Source: Omnitrophica WOR_2 bacterium GWF2_43_52 (GTDB lineage Bacteria; Omnitrophota; Gorgyraeia; Gygaellales; UBA12090). From it: a DNA stretch of 64,000 bases. Location of the stretch: assembly GCA_001805445.1 (NCBI GenBank), contig MHGF01000034.1, positions 102,451 through 166,450 of the forward strand, read 5' to 3'. How positions within the stretch are numbered: the first letter of the stretch is position 1; every line of letters begins with the position of its first letter. Shown one piece after another: positions 1-10,094 of the stretch. A program made the translations under genes and the position numbers. The notes beneath the pieces are model-generated. The model saw only the letters and a program-made list of their open reading frames with translations, had not been told where the DNA came from and ran no database searches.

Positions 1-541
1 GTATTGACGTTGACGGCTCAGTGAATACAGAATCAATTAATAAGGCCGACTGAGATTTACAGCTTAATTCTATAAGGATATAGTCAATAATAGCCCCTGC
101 CATATCCACAATAACTTCCGGGACCGTTGGCACAAAGGACATGCTGATGAAACTGCTTAATGCCCCTAAGTAGGCGTTAGCAAGGATGATGCCGATTTCT
201 TTAAGCGCGGAGCGTTCGTAATCACCGATGATGCTGTTTTTGGTGACAGCTTTTCCGGTCATTAAGGAAGCAAGGGTAAGAGCGTCTTCCTGTGAAAAAA
301 TAAAAATGATGGTGCTGGGCAGGTCTCCGAGAACCCGTATGACGAGGCCTAAAACAAGGGTGTTTGCCCCTCCAACCACATTAGGCACTTCTTCGGTAGG
401 CAGGAATAAGATGTTCGGGACAGCGATAGTTATTTTTTTTTCTAGTAACTGGGAGAGGGCGGTCGCGGCATTACCGGCGCAGATATTTCCGATTTCTCTT
501 AAGGCATCTTTTTGGAGATCATTTAAGATAATTTCTTCCAT
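1..541 (-). CDS. cheC: CheC/CheX-family chemotaxis phosphatase; 3' end lies outside the window
   Basis: My translation of the reverse strand gives MEEIILNDLQKDALREIGNICAGNAATALSQLL..., the CheC signature; it lies directly downstream of cheY. Not in the ORF track because the stop is outside the window. Confidence 0.6.
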   Translation of the reverse strand, partial: MEEIILNDLQKDALREIGNICAGNAATALSQLLEKKITIAVPNILFLPTEEVPNVVGGANTLVLGLVIRVLGDLPSTIIFIFSQEDALTLASLMTGKAVTKNSIIGDYERSALKEIGIILANAYLGALSSFISMSFVPTVPEVIVDMAGAIIDYILIELSCKSQSALLIDSVFTEPSTSI

Positions 542-569
542 TAATGATATAAGATTGATGTCCTTATCG

Positions 570-950
570 TTAGCCCAAAGGCTCCGTCAGAATGCTCTTG
601 ACAACCTCTTTTAGCCGCTGCGGGTTCACCGGTTTGCTTAAGAAATCCCTTGCCCCCAGGCGTATCGCTTCTACCACAATCGGCTGCTGGCTCATTGCCG
701 AGACGATCAGGATTTTTGCCTTAGGGTCAAGCTTCATGATTTCATTGACAGCGCCAATACCGTCTAATTCTTCCATCAGAGGCATGACGATATCCATCGT
801 CACCAGATCAGGCCTGACGGTTTTAAATTTTTCTACCGCCTCTTTGGCATTGGTTGCTTCCGCGCAGATTTCGTGGCCTTCAGCAATTAAAATCTTAGCA
901 AGCATCTGGCGCATAAAGAGCGCATCATCTACAATCATTATTTTCGCCAT
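570..950 (-). CDS. cheY: CheY-like single-domain response regulator
   Basis: 126 aa; MIVDDALFMRQ...DLVTMDIVMP...ILIVSAMS...ARDFLSKP, the typical REC fold with phospho-acceptor Asp. Confidence 0.85.
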   Translation of the reverse strand: MAKIMIVDDALFMRQMLAKILIAEGHEICAEATNAKEAVEKFKTVRPDLVTMDIVMPLMEELDGIGAVNEIMKLDPKAKILIVSAMSQQPIVVEAIRLGARDFLSKPVNPQRLKEVVKSILTEPLG

Positions 951-1088
951 ATCATTATCTCCTTAGCATAAAATTATAGGGCACAACAGGATAATGTCAA
1001 GGGAAATTATTGGGTGTATCTGGAAATTATGGCGTCGTTAGGCTTTTCAATAAGCCGTAAAAGCTTTTGCGCATATGGCAAACGGTTT

Positions 1089-2177
1089 TTAAATGTAGCG
1101 CGTAAGATTTTCCACAATCGTTTCGGAGGCGTATGGTAAGGATGCGGTTATCCTGGGGCGTTTAAATTCCGAGTAATGAGAAATAAAATAATCCATCGTT
1201 TTTGCATTAAACCGAGAGAGTACGGCATTCTGCTGAAGGCCTTCATCTCTTTCAGTATGGCAGCGTAAGAGTAGGCAGGGTTTTCCCAGGTAGAACGCTT
1301 CTTCCTGGATGCTGCCGCCATCGGTAAGGACAAACTTACAGCGGTTAAGCAGATGAATGAAGTGTCCATGGGAAAGTATGCGAAAATAAGAGACGTTTTT
1401 TATCGTCTTCAGTTTATTCCATAGGTGAAATTTTTTTAACTGGTTTATGGTAGGCTGGTGCTGCACAAATACTACCGGCAGCGAAGAAGAGATTTTCTCA
1501 AGGGTTTTTATTATTGAAACGAGGCGTTTCCTCGAGAATATATTTTCAATTCGATGAAAGGTAACTAACGCAAAGTCAGCGCAGGGTATGTTTAAATCAA
1601 CCGGTTTCTCAAGGCTTAGAAATGCTGATTCTTTCCCTGTATTTGAGTATACAAGGATAGCTTTCTTTTGGAAGCCCATACGCGCCAAATTAGTGTATGC
1701 CCAATGTGAAGGCGCAAAGAGTACGTCGGAGAATCTCATTGTGATTATTCTGAATAATTCTTCAGGAAATGGCTCATGCCAGCAGAAAGAGCGTAATCCG
1801 GCTTCTATGTGAGCCACTTTTAACCCCGCCCTTTTTGCTAAATAAAGCCCTATGAGCGTTGAAAGGGTATCTCCATGGATAAGACAGACACCCTGCTGGT
1901 TTAAAAAAATTTCTTTTTTTATCCGTGAAGCGGACAAACTTTTAAACACTATTTTGAGTAGCCATTTCCATGCTTCTAGTAAAGAAGCGATATTTGCGCC
2001 TTTTGAGAGAAATACCGCAGGTTCGCTAAGATTAAATTCCTGGCGCAGCTCTTGAGTGATGAGTGAATGTTGTCCTAAGTCAATAAGGTTATAGGGAATG
2101 CCTTTGTGCGTAAGCAGCCTAAGAATGGGAGCCATTTTTATCAATTGGGCTTTGGTGCCGATAGCAATATGGATCAT
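1089..2177 (-). CDS. UDP-N-acetylglucosamine 2-epimerase family protein (WecB-like)
   Basis: Motifs HIEAGLRSF and TDGGSIQEEA match the non-hydrolysing UDP-GlcNAc 2-epimerase signatures HVEAGLRS and TDSGG(V/I)QEEA. Confidence 0.6.
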   Translation of the reverse strand: MIHIAIGTKAQLIKMAPILRLLTHKGIPYNLIDLGQHSLITQELRQEFNLSEPAVFLSKGANIASLLEAWKWLLKIVFKSLSASRIKKEIFLNQQGVCLIHGDTLSTLIGLYLAKRAGLKVAHIEAGLRSFCWHEPFPEELFRIITMRFSDVLFAPSHWAYTNLARMGFQKKAILVYSNTGKESAFLSLEKPVDLNIPCADFALVTFHRIENIFSRKRLVSIIKTLEKISSSLPVVFVQHQPTINQLKKFHLWNKLKTIKNVSYFRILSHGHFIHLLNRCKFVLTDGGSIQEEAFYLGKPCLLLRCHTERDEGLQQNAVLSRFNAKTMDYFISHYSEFKRPRITASLPYASETIVENLTRYI

Positions 2178-3670
2178 GGGTGTATTTCAAACACCCCGCT
2201 TGAGCCTACGCGCTTAAGCAGGGTGAGTTTATCCTTATAACGAGAAAGAAATGGCGAGAGGTACACATACGTTTCTCGGGAAAATTCATCTACAAGCAGA
2301 TATTTCGCGTTATGAATCGTAATATCCTGCCAAATTTCCTCTGGATCAAGGCTAAAGGGATAACAGAGCGCTTGGTGGCCGGTAAAAAAATAAGTAACCG
2401 TGGGTTTACGGGAAATAATGATTCCCTCGCCGGGCAAATGAGCCTTCGCCCAGGTATGCAAAGAGAGAAAATTTGCAAGGGGCAGGGGTAAATTTTTAAG
2501 GGTGTTTTCCTTTGCGGGCAAAAATAAAAGGTTAAGAATGAGAAAGAAGGAATAAAAGCCTAAGGGTAATGGTTTCTTATAAAAGACGGTAAAAATACCC
2601 TTGGCTGCCTCGAAGAAATAATAATAAATGAATGGCAGGATAGGCAAAATAAAACGCGCTCCCTCTTGAAATGGCCACAGAGAGACCATAAGAAAATAGA
2701 ATAAAAAGTAATAATGAAATACGCAAAGTTTATTTTTTCGGAAGCTGCGCCATAAGCCTAAGAATACCATAGCGAAGGAAAATAAAGAAAGCAAACTTTT
2801 GAGCCTATCGCTATTGTGTAAATAAAAAAATAATGAATCTCCAATGAGAGAACAATAGTAATTTATTCCTTGGGTAAGACGCGTGACTATCTGTAGAGGA
2901 TGCCCGAGGATAGTTCCCAAGAAGGGGCGGTAGGGGTCAATGAGAAAAAAATACTTAGAATAGGCGTATGATGGATTAAGCATCCTGCCGGCGATGATCC
3001 ATAGAAGCAAAGGCGTCAAGAACCCGATAGAAATAAAATAAATTTTTTTATAATTTTGTTTTGGATGAAGCAATAATAGTGTTACTATGCCAAAAAATAG
3101 GGTTATTCCTGCATAACGAGTAAAATAGCTTAACCACAAGCCCATGAGAACAGCGATACTTGTTTTACCTATCGCTTTTGCTTTCACGTATTGTGCGGAA
3201 AAAAGCAAGGCGGCACAAGAAACAAAAAGGTATGGAATATCAGATAAAATATATTTTATTGAATAAGAGAGAAAAATAAAATTAGTAGCGAAAACAAGCG
3301 TCACCAAGAAGGCCTCTTTCTTCTCTGTGTATTTTTTTAATAATTGGTATATGAAAAATAAGCTCCCGTATCCTAAAAGGGCTGTTAAAAGCCGTATCAG
3401 ATAAAAATTCCTACCAAAAAAATAGATAATGGGCGACAGCAGGAGAGGAAAAACAGGAGGATAATGATAGGAAAAAGGCTCTTGCGGATAATTAATCGCT
3501 CTATACCCTAATCCTTGAGAGAGTGATTCGGCTAAAATGATATATTGAGCGCTGTCTCCGCCAAGATCAAGGAATTCATTGGATAGGTTTGCCACGCAGA
3601 TATATACGAAGAATAAAGAAAATAATATCCATTTAAATTTAGTCAAAAAAGGCATATATCTATTTTTCAC
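2174..3670 (-). CDS. Polytopic GT-C membrane glycosyltransferase (ArnT/PMT/GT83-like)
   Basis: 498 aa with roughly 12 hydrophobic segments, aromatic-rich; translationally coupled to neighbouring glycosylation genes. Confidence 0.5.
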   Translation of the reverse strand: MKNRYMPFLTKFKWILFSLFFVYICVANLSNEFLDLGGDSAQYIILAESLSQGLGYRAINYPQEPFSYHYPPVFPLLLSPIIYFFGRNFYLIRLLTALLGYGSLFFIYQLLKKYTEKKEAFLVTLVFATNFIFLSYSIKYILSDIPYLFVSCAALLFSAQYVKAKAIGKTSIAVLMGLWLSYFTRYAGITLFFGIVTLLLLHPKQNYKKIYFISIGFLTPLLLWIIAGRMLNPSYAYSKYFFLIDPYRPFLGTILGHPLQIVTRLTQGINYYCSLIGDSLFFYLHNSDRLKSLLSLFSFAMVFLGLWRSFRKNKLCVFHYYFLFYFLMVSLWPFQEGARFILPILPFIYYYFFEAAKGIFTVFYKKPLPLGFYSFFLILNLLFLPAKENTLKNLPLPLANFLSLHTWAKAHLPGEGIIISRKPTVTYFFTGHQALCYPFSLDPEEIWQDITIHNAKYLLVDEFSRETYVYLSPFLSRYKDKLTLLKRVGSSGVFEIHP

Positions 3671-4292
3671 TTTGTACCCAACTATTCATCCCCCATTCAA
3701 AAAAACCATACCGTATCTTATTTTTATCGAAACGCCCATTTCTTAACATGCGGATAATTTCTTGAGGTGTATAAAGTTTTTTATGTTCCTTGATTTCTTC
3801 CCTGCTTATTAAATTCATCGCGGCAAGCATTCTTAAGATGCATCCTGTCCATTTACGCGGAGACGTGATAATCAGCACTCCCTTCCGCTTTAAAATTCTA
3901 TAAATTTCAGAAATAAGCATATCAAGCTTATCAGGCGCTATGTGCTCGGTAACAGCAAGCAGGGTAACTATATCAAAAAAGTTACTGTCAAAAGGCAGGA
4001 ATGGCGATTCTTCAATATTTTGCTCGATGAGAGAGGTATTTGCTAACCGGATATTTATACACTTGTCTATTCCATATTTTTCCCGGAAATCCAAAGAATT
4101 CAAAAAAAGAGGAAAACTCCCGCACCCCAAATCCAGTATTTTACCATTTTGAGCGTTGAGAGGGATAAGCTGTTTTGCTATTTTAATCCTTTGATAAGAT
4201 AAAAATCTTTCCAATAGCCCATATCCTTTGGTAGGTTGAAATGATGCGCGTTTCATAGTTTTTCCCGGCTCCAGAGTTGCCTCCCTTGGCAT
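3660..4292 (-). CDS. Class I SAM-dependent methyltransferase
   Basis: ILDLGCGSFPL glycine-rich SAM-binding motif I; 210 aa. Confidence 0.7.
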   Translation of the reverse strand: MPREATLEPGKTMKRASFQPTKGYGLLERFLSYQRIKIAKQLIPLNAQNGKILDLGCGSFPLFLNSLDFREKYGIDKCINIRLANTSLIEQNIEESPFLPFDSNFFDIVTLLAVTEHIAPDKLDMLISEIYRILKRKGVLIITSPRKWTGCILRMLAAMNLISREEIKEHKKLYTPQEIIRMLRNGRFDKNKIRYGFFEWGMNSWVQSEK

Positions 4293-4476
4293 ACCGTTTT
4301 ATTCCATAAGCTTGAGAAGAGGAGAATTTCTTGGTAAGCATTTTCACATACATCGTGGAGGCAATAGTATGTAAAACAGAGATGATCTTTAAAAATTATT
4401 TCATTGGCGCATCTTTACCAGTAAAAATAATCGGATAGTGCTCCATTAACTTAATTCTTAGTAGTATAGTGAAGTT

Positions 4477-4629
4477 AACTCCGCACTTCCGCTAGGGGGG
4501 CAAGCCCCCCCCCTCGGCGCTCTCCGCCTACGGCGGATCGCTGAGCACCCCCCAAGCGTGAGGGACGGTCTCCCCCACTCCCCCTTTATTGCACCGTTAA
4601 TATATAAAAATTAATTTAACGGTGCAATA
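4477..4629. repeat. Dispersed repeat family A (GC-rich ~110-bp module plus adjacent AT-loop hairpin), copy 1
   Basis: ctccgcacttccgctagggggg...cggcg..ccgcctacggcgga..gagcaccccccaa.cgtg, then perfect hairpin tattgcaccgttaa/ttaacggtgcaata. Inverted copy at 17015-17200. Confidence 0.5.
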
Positions 4630-4643
4630 GTGTTCACCATTAA

Positions 4644-5513
4644 TTATTGCGCTGTCTCTTCTGTCCTATCCATGCGCAGTTGGGCGATTTGTTCCGAGAT
4701 AAGCCCTAACATAAAGATAATAAGCGCCGTGGTAAAGAGCAAAGCGCTCATATTGGTAAAGCGGTGAAAGGCGATGAAGGTGTAAAAATAATAGGCAAGC
4801 CCGATGAGAAAAAAGAAGATGCTTATCGGCAGGAATACCCGAAGCGGCGAAAAAAAGACGGCAACGCGCAGGATAATCATAAAAAACTTTACCCCATCTT
4901 GAACCAGATGAATTTTACTCTTCCCCGCTTTTCGCGCGGCAGAACCAATAGAAACATAGCGAAGAGTCCTGCCTGTTTTCAAAAAGGCAAGTGTTAAAGT
5001 GCTGGGATATGAAAAAGAGTTCGGCAGGAGATAAAGGAATTGTAATGCCTGTTTTCTTTTAACTACCCGAAAGCCGCAGGTTAAATCCTGAATTTTAAAT
5101 AAGCTCACATAGCTGGCGAAGCTATTATAGAATCTGTTAGCAAGGTTACGCCAGGTGAGCTTAGAAAAATCCCGCGCCGCGATTACCATATCAAAGATAT
5201 CCGCGTGTTCAAGCAAGCGGGGAATGTCCTGAGGTACGTGCTGTAAGTCAGCGTCCATAAGCACGACCAGCTCTGCCTTTGCGTTGCGCAATCCGGTTTT
5301 AATGCTTGCGCCGTTACCCATGCGGTAAGGATGTTTAATGACGGCAGCTCCCTGTGAGTGGGCTATTTCGGCGGTTTTATCGCAAGAGCCGTCGCTGACT
5401 ACACAGATACGGCAGGTAGTGCCTACAGTTTCTCGGATGCCTTGTATGAGTTTGGCAATGGTATTCTCTTCGTTGTAGGCAGGGATGATAATTTCAAAAT
5501 TATCGCTAGGCAT
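4644..5513 (-). CDS. GT2 polyprenyl-phosphate glycosyltransferase (DPM1/ArnC/GtrB-like)
   Basis: IIIPAYNEE...VVSDGSCD...MDADLQH motifs plus C-terminal transmembrane helices. Confidence 0.75.
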   Translation of the reverse strand: MPSDNFEIIIPAYNEENTIAKLIQGIRETVGTTCRICVVSDGSCDKTAEIAHSQGAAVIKHPYRMGNGASIKTGLRNAKAELVVLMDADLQHVPQDIPRLLEHADIFDMVIAARDFSKLTWRNLANRFYNSFASYVSLFKIQDLTCGFRVVKRKQALQFLYLLPNSFSYPSTLTLAFLKTGRTLRYVSIGSAARKAGKSKIHLVQDGVKFFMIILRVAVFFSPLRVFLPISIFFFLIGLAYYFYTFIAFHRFTNMSALLFTTALIIFMLGLISEQIAQLRMDRTEETAQ

Positions 5514-5761
5514 AGTTTGTGAGCTTAATCTAAGGAGCTAATTAGCTAAAGAGCTAAACAGCCACAGTTAACATATAGTTTTACAGCGCAATAGTATATT
5601 TATCTTAGCAAAAATCTGAAAAAAAACTACTCTTTTTCCAAGAAAGTATGTATAATAGCGTAATTAGTTACCACTGAAAAAGCGGTAACTAATTAAAGCT
5701 GATACATGGCCATTCTATGAACCCCTGGAAAAGCAACACATAGCTTTTACAAAAGATTGTT

Positions 5762-6727
5762 ATGCCACAAGAAGAAAGAAAGATAAAAATTTACATTATT
5801 TCCGAGGATTCTTATATCCAGGATTATGCTGTTTTGATGCTCGTAGGAGAAAATTACGATGTCAAGTTTTATAACAAACAGAGTGACGCCTTGGCTGTTT
5901 TAGAAAAGGATAGCCCGGATTTAATTATTTCGGATTTTAAATCCGAGAATATAAACGGGTTAGAACTCTGTAAGGTAGTAAGAAAAATACCTCTTCTTTC
6001 GCATCTGCCGCTTATTTTTTTGCTGGAGCCCGGCGGGCCGGAGCAGTTAAACAAGGCAAAGCTCGTCTACGCGGGCGCCGACGATTATATACAAAAGTCG
6101 GTTTTAGAAGAAGAGCTTATCTTAAGGGTAAAACTGAATTTATACCGGCTTAGCCGCCAGCAGGATATGAATCCTTTAAGCCGCCTGCCCGGGCAGGCAA
6201 GCCTGATGAAGGAATTAAAAAGGCATATAGAGGCTAAAAATAAGATAGCGGTTTGCCGCGTGGATTTATTTCAATTTAAGCAGTACACTCATCGTTATGG
6301 ATTTAGAAAAGGCGATGAGGCAATTAAATACACCGGCGCGCTTATCCTTAAAGTATTGCGGGAATTAGGAAGCTCTTCCGATTTTCTGGCCCATCCCGAC
6401 GGGGATAATTTTTTCTTTATTACCGTCGCGGAAGCGGCTGACGTGATTGCCGAGCGGATTATCGCTGAGTTTGAATCAGGCATAGGGGCGTTTTATGATG
6501 ATAATGACCGCACGCAAGGAGCCATTACTTTTAAAGACCGTAAAGGCGAGGTGCAAAAATTTCCTCTGCTACGCATACACCTTGGCGTTGTTACCAATGA
6601 ACACTACCCTTTTATTGACCCTACCCAGGTGATTCAGATAGCTACCGAACTTAAAGACTTTGCTCAAAGTAACTTTGAGAAGAGCATGTTTGTTAAAGAG
6701 CGCCGTAAAGAATGGCCCTTTTCGTAA
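5762..6727 (+). CDS. Response-regulator receiver domain fused to a degenerate GGDEF-like domain
   Basis: N-terminal REC (LIISDFK...ADDYIQKS); C-terminal diguanylate-cyclase-like fold lacking a canonical GGDEF motif (RYGFRKGDEA...AHPDGDNFFFI). Confidence 0.5.
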   Translation: MPQEERKIKIYIISEDSYIQDYAVLMLVGENYDVKFYNKQSDALAVLEKDSPDLIISDFKSENINGLELCKVVRKIPLLSHLPLIFLLEPGGPEQLNKAKLVYAGADDYIQKSVLEEELILRVKLNLYRLSRQQDMNPLSRLPGQASLMKELKRHIEAKNKIAVCRVDLFQFKQYTHRYGFRKGDEAIKYTGALILKVLRELGSSSDFLAHPDGDNFFFITVAEAADVIAERIIAEFESGIGAFYDDNDRTQGAITFKDRKGEVQKFPLLRIHLGVVTNEHYPFIDPTQVIQIATELKDFAQSNFEKSMFVKERRKEWPFS

Positions 6728-6741
6728 AATAAGCTTTTCTG

Positions 6742-8820
6742 TTATTTCTTCAGTTCCTCATTTTTTTCCAAGCCGATAATTTTCAAAAAACTTTCATCCA
6801 CCGGATAACCCAGAGAAAGTGCTTTTTGGGCATATTCTCTGGCTAAGGCCATTTGCGGCGGCTCCATTGAGGCATAGAGCACTGCTAAATCATTATGGGC
6901 CTTCTCGAAGTCAGGAGCTAAAAGAACGGTTTTTTTTAGTTCATACAGTGCCCGCGAATCATATTTTTTTGCATAGAGCAAACCTAAATAATAATGGGCA
7001 TCCACAAAGTTTGCTTGCAGGCGAGTTGCTTGTTCATACGCCTTAATCGCGCTGTTAACTTCTCCTGTCTCTTCAAGGATACGCCCTAATCCAAAGTACG
7101 CAGCGTAACTATCAGGGTCGGCGCTTATGGCTTTTTGGAAATATTTCTTTGCTTGAGAGAATTGTTTTCTCCCTGTATATAACAGCCCCAAATTATAGAG
7201 TATCCCTGAGGCTTGTGGATTTATCTGCAACCCCTTCTCCCATATCTCTTGTGCCTTTTTTTCATTTTTCATATCCCAGTAGATAACCCCGATGCTTTGG
7301 AATGTGCCAAAATCGTAAGAGCCACCAGAAATATTTTTATTAATTTCATCTAACGCTTCCCTAAATTTTTTTTCTAACCTATACACATTTGCTAAGTTCT
7401 CCCGTGTTTGTTTTATAAGCCGATTAGCATACGGTGGTGCCACAGAAAGCGCTTTTTTCAATTCGTCTTCTGCTTCGTGATAAAGTCCTTTATGAATATA
7501 CGCTATTCCCAGGTTATGATGGGCAAGGGCTGACCTTGAGTCAAATTCCAAGGCTTTTTTCCAAAACGTAAACTCATTTCCATAGTCATTATTCCTGAAC
7601 ACTACCAGGGTTGTACAAATGCTTAAAATTCCCGCGGCTACTATAATAAAATGGCGTTTACGTTGTACGTAGAGGTTCCTGAGCAAAACTGCTAAAATCA
7701 AGTATATTCCAAAGCTTGGCAGATAAAAATGGTGTTCTGCGGCAACAACATTCAAAAACCCATAATATTTCGGAAGAAGGCAGATAAGGTACCATCCTAA
7801 CCCGATGCTTATAAGAGGGCGTGTTTTTCTTAAAGTAAAAGTAAGAAGAGCCAGCATAAGTATGGCGATGATTGAAAAAAACGCTAAAGGTTGTAAGAGG
7901 GTGTGTAAAATCGGAAAAGCGTGGTGTATTGTTAAAGGCGATGGCCAGAGAAATAGCTTGAGGTAAAATACAGTAACCGCGGCCTGGGTTAAGATGTTTG
8001 CCCATGGGCTGCGAATGGGGTTTGCGGAAAAGAACGGAACCATCTGGTGCGCCTGTTGACCGGAAACAATACCATGGTATATCCAATAGAAAATGCTAAT
8101 GCCAATTAAAAAAAGGTAAAAAAAGAAGAGCCTTCTTTTGTCATTGCGTGGTATCTCTATTTCTTGTTGAAAAATGAGATAGTGGAAGAAGAAAAGTAAA
8201 AGCGGAAATACCAATGCTGTTTCTTTTGTGAGAATGCCCATCAGGTACAGAACGCTCGCAACGAAAAATGATTTCCTGAAATAGCAGATAACGCCGGCAA
8301 GGATAAAGAAGGAAACCATTAAATCTGATCGGCTTGAGATATAGCAGACTGCTTCGGTGTTAATGGGATGGGCAAGGAATAAAAGCGTTGTTATAAAGAT
8401 TAAACCAAAAGGCAAGTGGTTGCTAGGCTTGCTAGCAGATTGGTTTTTTGGGGCTCTGACAAAAGCAATGCCTGAAGAGCCCAAAAGCGTGAGAAGGCTG
8501 TAAAACAAAATTCCGTTAAGGAAATGGAATAAAAGATTAATGATATGATAACCGAAAACCTTAAGCCCGCTAAAAAAATAATTGAAACTAAAGGTGATCA
8601 ATAGTAAAGGGCGAAACATCCCTTTTGGAATATCGGTTTCTGAGGTGTAGTGTCCGGTAAAAAACAATGGTATATGGCGCAGATGCTTTATATAAAGATT
8701 GTTAACAATGCTATGGGCATCGTCAAATATAAAAATACCCCAGAGGGAATTGAAATACAGGGTAAGGCAGAAAACACTAAAAACAAATACAATCAGTATA
8801 TTCTGCTTATGTTGTTTCAT
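6742..8820 (-). CDS. Membrane GT-C/PMT-like domain fused to C-terminal TPR repeats
   Basis: Roughly 400 aa of multi-TM N-terminus, then tandem TPR-like repeats (AHHNLGIAYIHKGLYHEA..., AAYFGLGRILEETGEV...). Confidence 0.55.
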   Translation of the reverse strand: MKQHKQNILIVFVFSVFCLTLYFNSLWGIFIFDDAHSIVNNLYIKHLRHIPLFFTGHYTSETDIPKGMFRPLLLITFSFNYFFSGLKVFGYHIINLLFHFLNGILFYSLLTLLGSSGIAFVRAPKNQSASKPSNHLPFGLIFITTLLFLAHPINTEAVCYISSRSDLMVSFFILAGVICYFRKSFFVASVLYLMGILTKETALVFPLLLFFFHYLIFQQEIEIPRNDKRRLFFFYLFLIGISIFYWIYHGIVSGQQAHQMVPFFSANPIRSPWANILTQAAVTVFYLKLFLWPSPLTIHHAFPILHTLLQPLAFFSIIAILMLALLTFTLRKTRPLISIGLGWYLICLLPKYYGFLNVVAAEHHFYLPSFGIYLILAVLLRNLYVQRKRHFIIVAAGILSICTTLVVFRNNDYGNEFTFWKKALEFDSRSALAHHNLGIAYIHKGLYHEAEDELKKALSVAPPYANRLIKQTRENLANVYRLEKKFREALDEINKNISGGSYDFGTFQSIGVIYWDMKNEKKAQEIWEKGLQINPQASGILYNLGLLYTGRKQFSQAKKYFQKAISADPDSYAAYFGLGRILEETGEVNSAIKAYEQATRLQANFVDAHYYLGLLYAKKYDSRALYELKKTVLLAPDFEKAHNDLAVLYASMEPPQMALAREYAQKALSLGYPVDESFLKIIGLEKNEELKK

Positions 8821-8852
8821 AAGTAGGTAGGTGTCAATTTTTACGTTCTATA

Positions 8853-8894
8853 AAAAAAGCATCCTTTAGTGTAATACTAAAGGATGCTTTTTTT
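8853..8894. terminator. Perfect hairpin flanked by A/T runs; intrinsic terminator downstream of the pilin gene, possibly bidirectional
   Basis: aaaaaagcatcctttagtgtaatactaaaggatgcttttttt. Confidence 0.6.
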
Positions 8895-8909
8895 ATAACC
8901 ACAGAACGT

Positions 8910-9290
8910 TTACGGATGCGTGTGGTCTGGAAGTGTTCCGGTTGTATTAATGAAGTTGTTAGAATAAATAGTACTGCCGCCAGTTAGAGGACAATTTGGC
9001 AATGCATTTCCTGACAAGAAACAGTTGAGGAAATCCGTATTGGTTAAAGTGCCAGGAAATCCGCTTGTTGCTTCTCCTGCTGTCCATGACGGACTAACTG
9101 CGGTCTTGGCATAGTACGCAGAGAGTGCTCCGCGTATTGCCCCTGTATTACCATTGCAGGCAGCCTGCTGAGCATCTCTTCTTAGATTCGCGAACCTCGG
9201 AAGAGCGACTGCCGCTAAAATACCAATAATGACAATTACCATAACTAATTCAATGAGCGTAAAACCTTGTTCTTTTCTCATTTTTGTCAC
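8910..9290 (-). CDS. Type IV pilin/pseudopilin with prepilin N-terminal methylation motif
   Basis: MTKMRKEQGFTLIELVMVIVIIGILAAVALP; 126 aa. Confidence 0.8.
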   Translation of the reverse strand: MTKMRKEQGFTLIELVMVIVIIGILAAVALPRFANLRRDAQQAACNGNTGAIRGALSAYYAKTAVSPSWTAGEATSGFPGTLTNTDFLNCFLSGNALPNCPLTGGSTIYSNNFINTTGTLPDHTHP

Positions 9291-9769
9291 CTCCTTTCAT
9301 TTTTCTACCATCTTTTTTTTATCCTGTCAAGCTTTTTTATAGGATAAAAACAAAAAAACCTATTCTAACCTTCAGCCGCGAGGCGGCTTCCTTTACCTTT
9401 GGTAAAGGCGTAGAATAGGCCGAGTGTTTTAGTGTAACCGTACTATAATGAAACCTATGATAACGGTTACTAGCGATTCTGTGAGAGCAAATAGTGTGGC
9501 CTGCTTCCTCACTCTTTACAGAAGTCGTACTGGCAACTGGCTGCCTCGCTACCGTTTCTTTCGGTAACGGGCCCTGTTAGCTTTGCGGCGAGAGACATTT
9601 ATGAATGTATAATGAAAACGTCTTTTGCCGGGTTTGGTTCACCCGTCCCATCCTTACGAATGGTTTGCCCTTTTCAGTTTTCAAATTCCTTACTTCTGTC
9701 AGTAAGGAAGCAATGTTACTACCTGTCGTACTAGTTAAAGTATACCACAGAATAGGGAAATTTCAAGGG

Positions 9770-9912
9770 TAACTAATACAAACGCAGTAAATCTTGTTAC
9801 AATGTCATTGCGAGCGAACGAAGTGAGCGAAGCAATCTCGTCAAGATTGCTTCGTCAGTCGCTTTGCTCCTTTCTCGCAAGGACACATTAATTAATGCGT
9901 TTGTATTAGTTA
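9770..9912. mobile_element. MITE-like 143-bp palindromic element with perfect 16-bp terminal inverted repeats
   Basis: TIRs taactaatacaaacgc (9770-9785) and gcgtttgtattagtta (9897-9912). The interior is a long imperfect palindrome (tgtcattgcgagcgaa.../...ttctcgcaaggaca). A partial internal copy occurs at 33243-33262. Confidence 0.45.
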
Positions 9913-9936
9913 GTTATCATAGGCCAGAGAAAATGG

Positions 9937-10008
9937 ATCCCTGCCTACCGGCCCTTGGCTTCGCCGAGAGGCGAGCAGGCAGGGGCCCATTTTCCCCCAT
10001 TCTTTTTT
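9937..10008 (+). terminator. GC-rich hairpin followed by a T-run (plus-strand intrinsic terminator)
   Basis: ccctgcctaccggccc...gcaggcaggggcccattttcccccattctttttt. Confidence 0.5.
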
Positions 10009-10066
10009 GGAAAGCTTGACACTTTACCACATCAACTGACGCATTACTTTCCATGATGAATTTTTC

Positions 10067-10094
10067 TTGACGAGTTTGAGGAATGTGTTATAAT
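10067..10094 (+). promoter_or_regulatory. Sigma70-like promoter upstream of rpmH
   Basis: TTGACG, 16-nt spacer, TATAAT. Confidence 0.5.

Noticed and set aside
228-966. Plus-strand ORFs 228-614 and 592-966
   Set aside because: Antisense to the CheC and CheY coding sequences; low-complexity translations; the minus-strand genes have clear family motifs.
9300-10060. RNase P RNA, tmRNA or SRP RNA in the ORF-free region
   Set aside because: Searched by eye for conserved motifs (GGAAAGUCCGG/ACAGAACCCGG, tmRNA 3' GGTTCGAnTCC..CCACCA, SRP GGAAGGAAGCAGC); none present. The structure is better explained by MITE-like palindromes and terminators.
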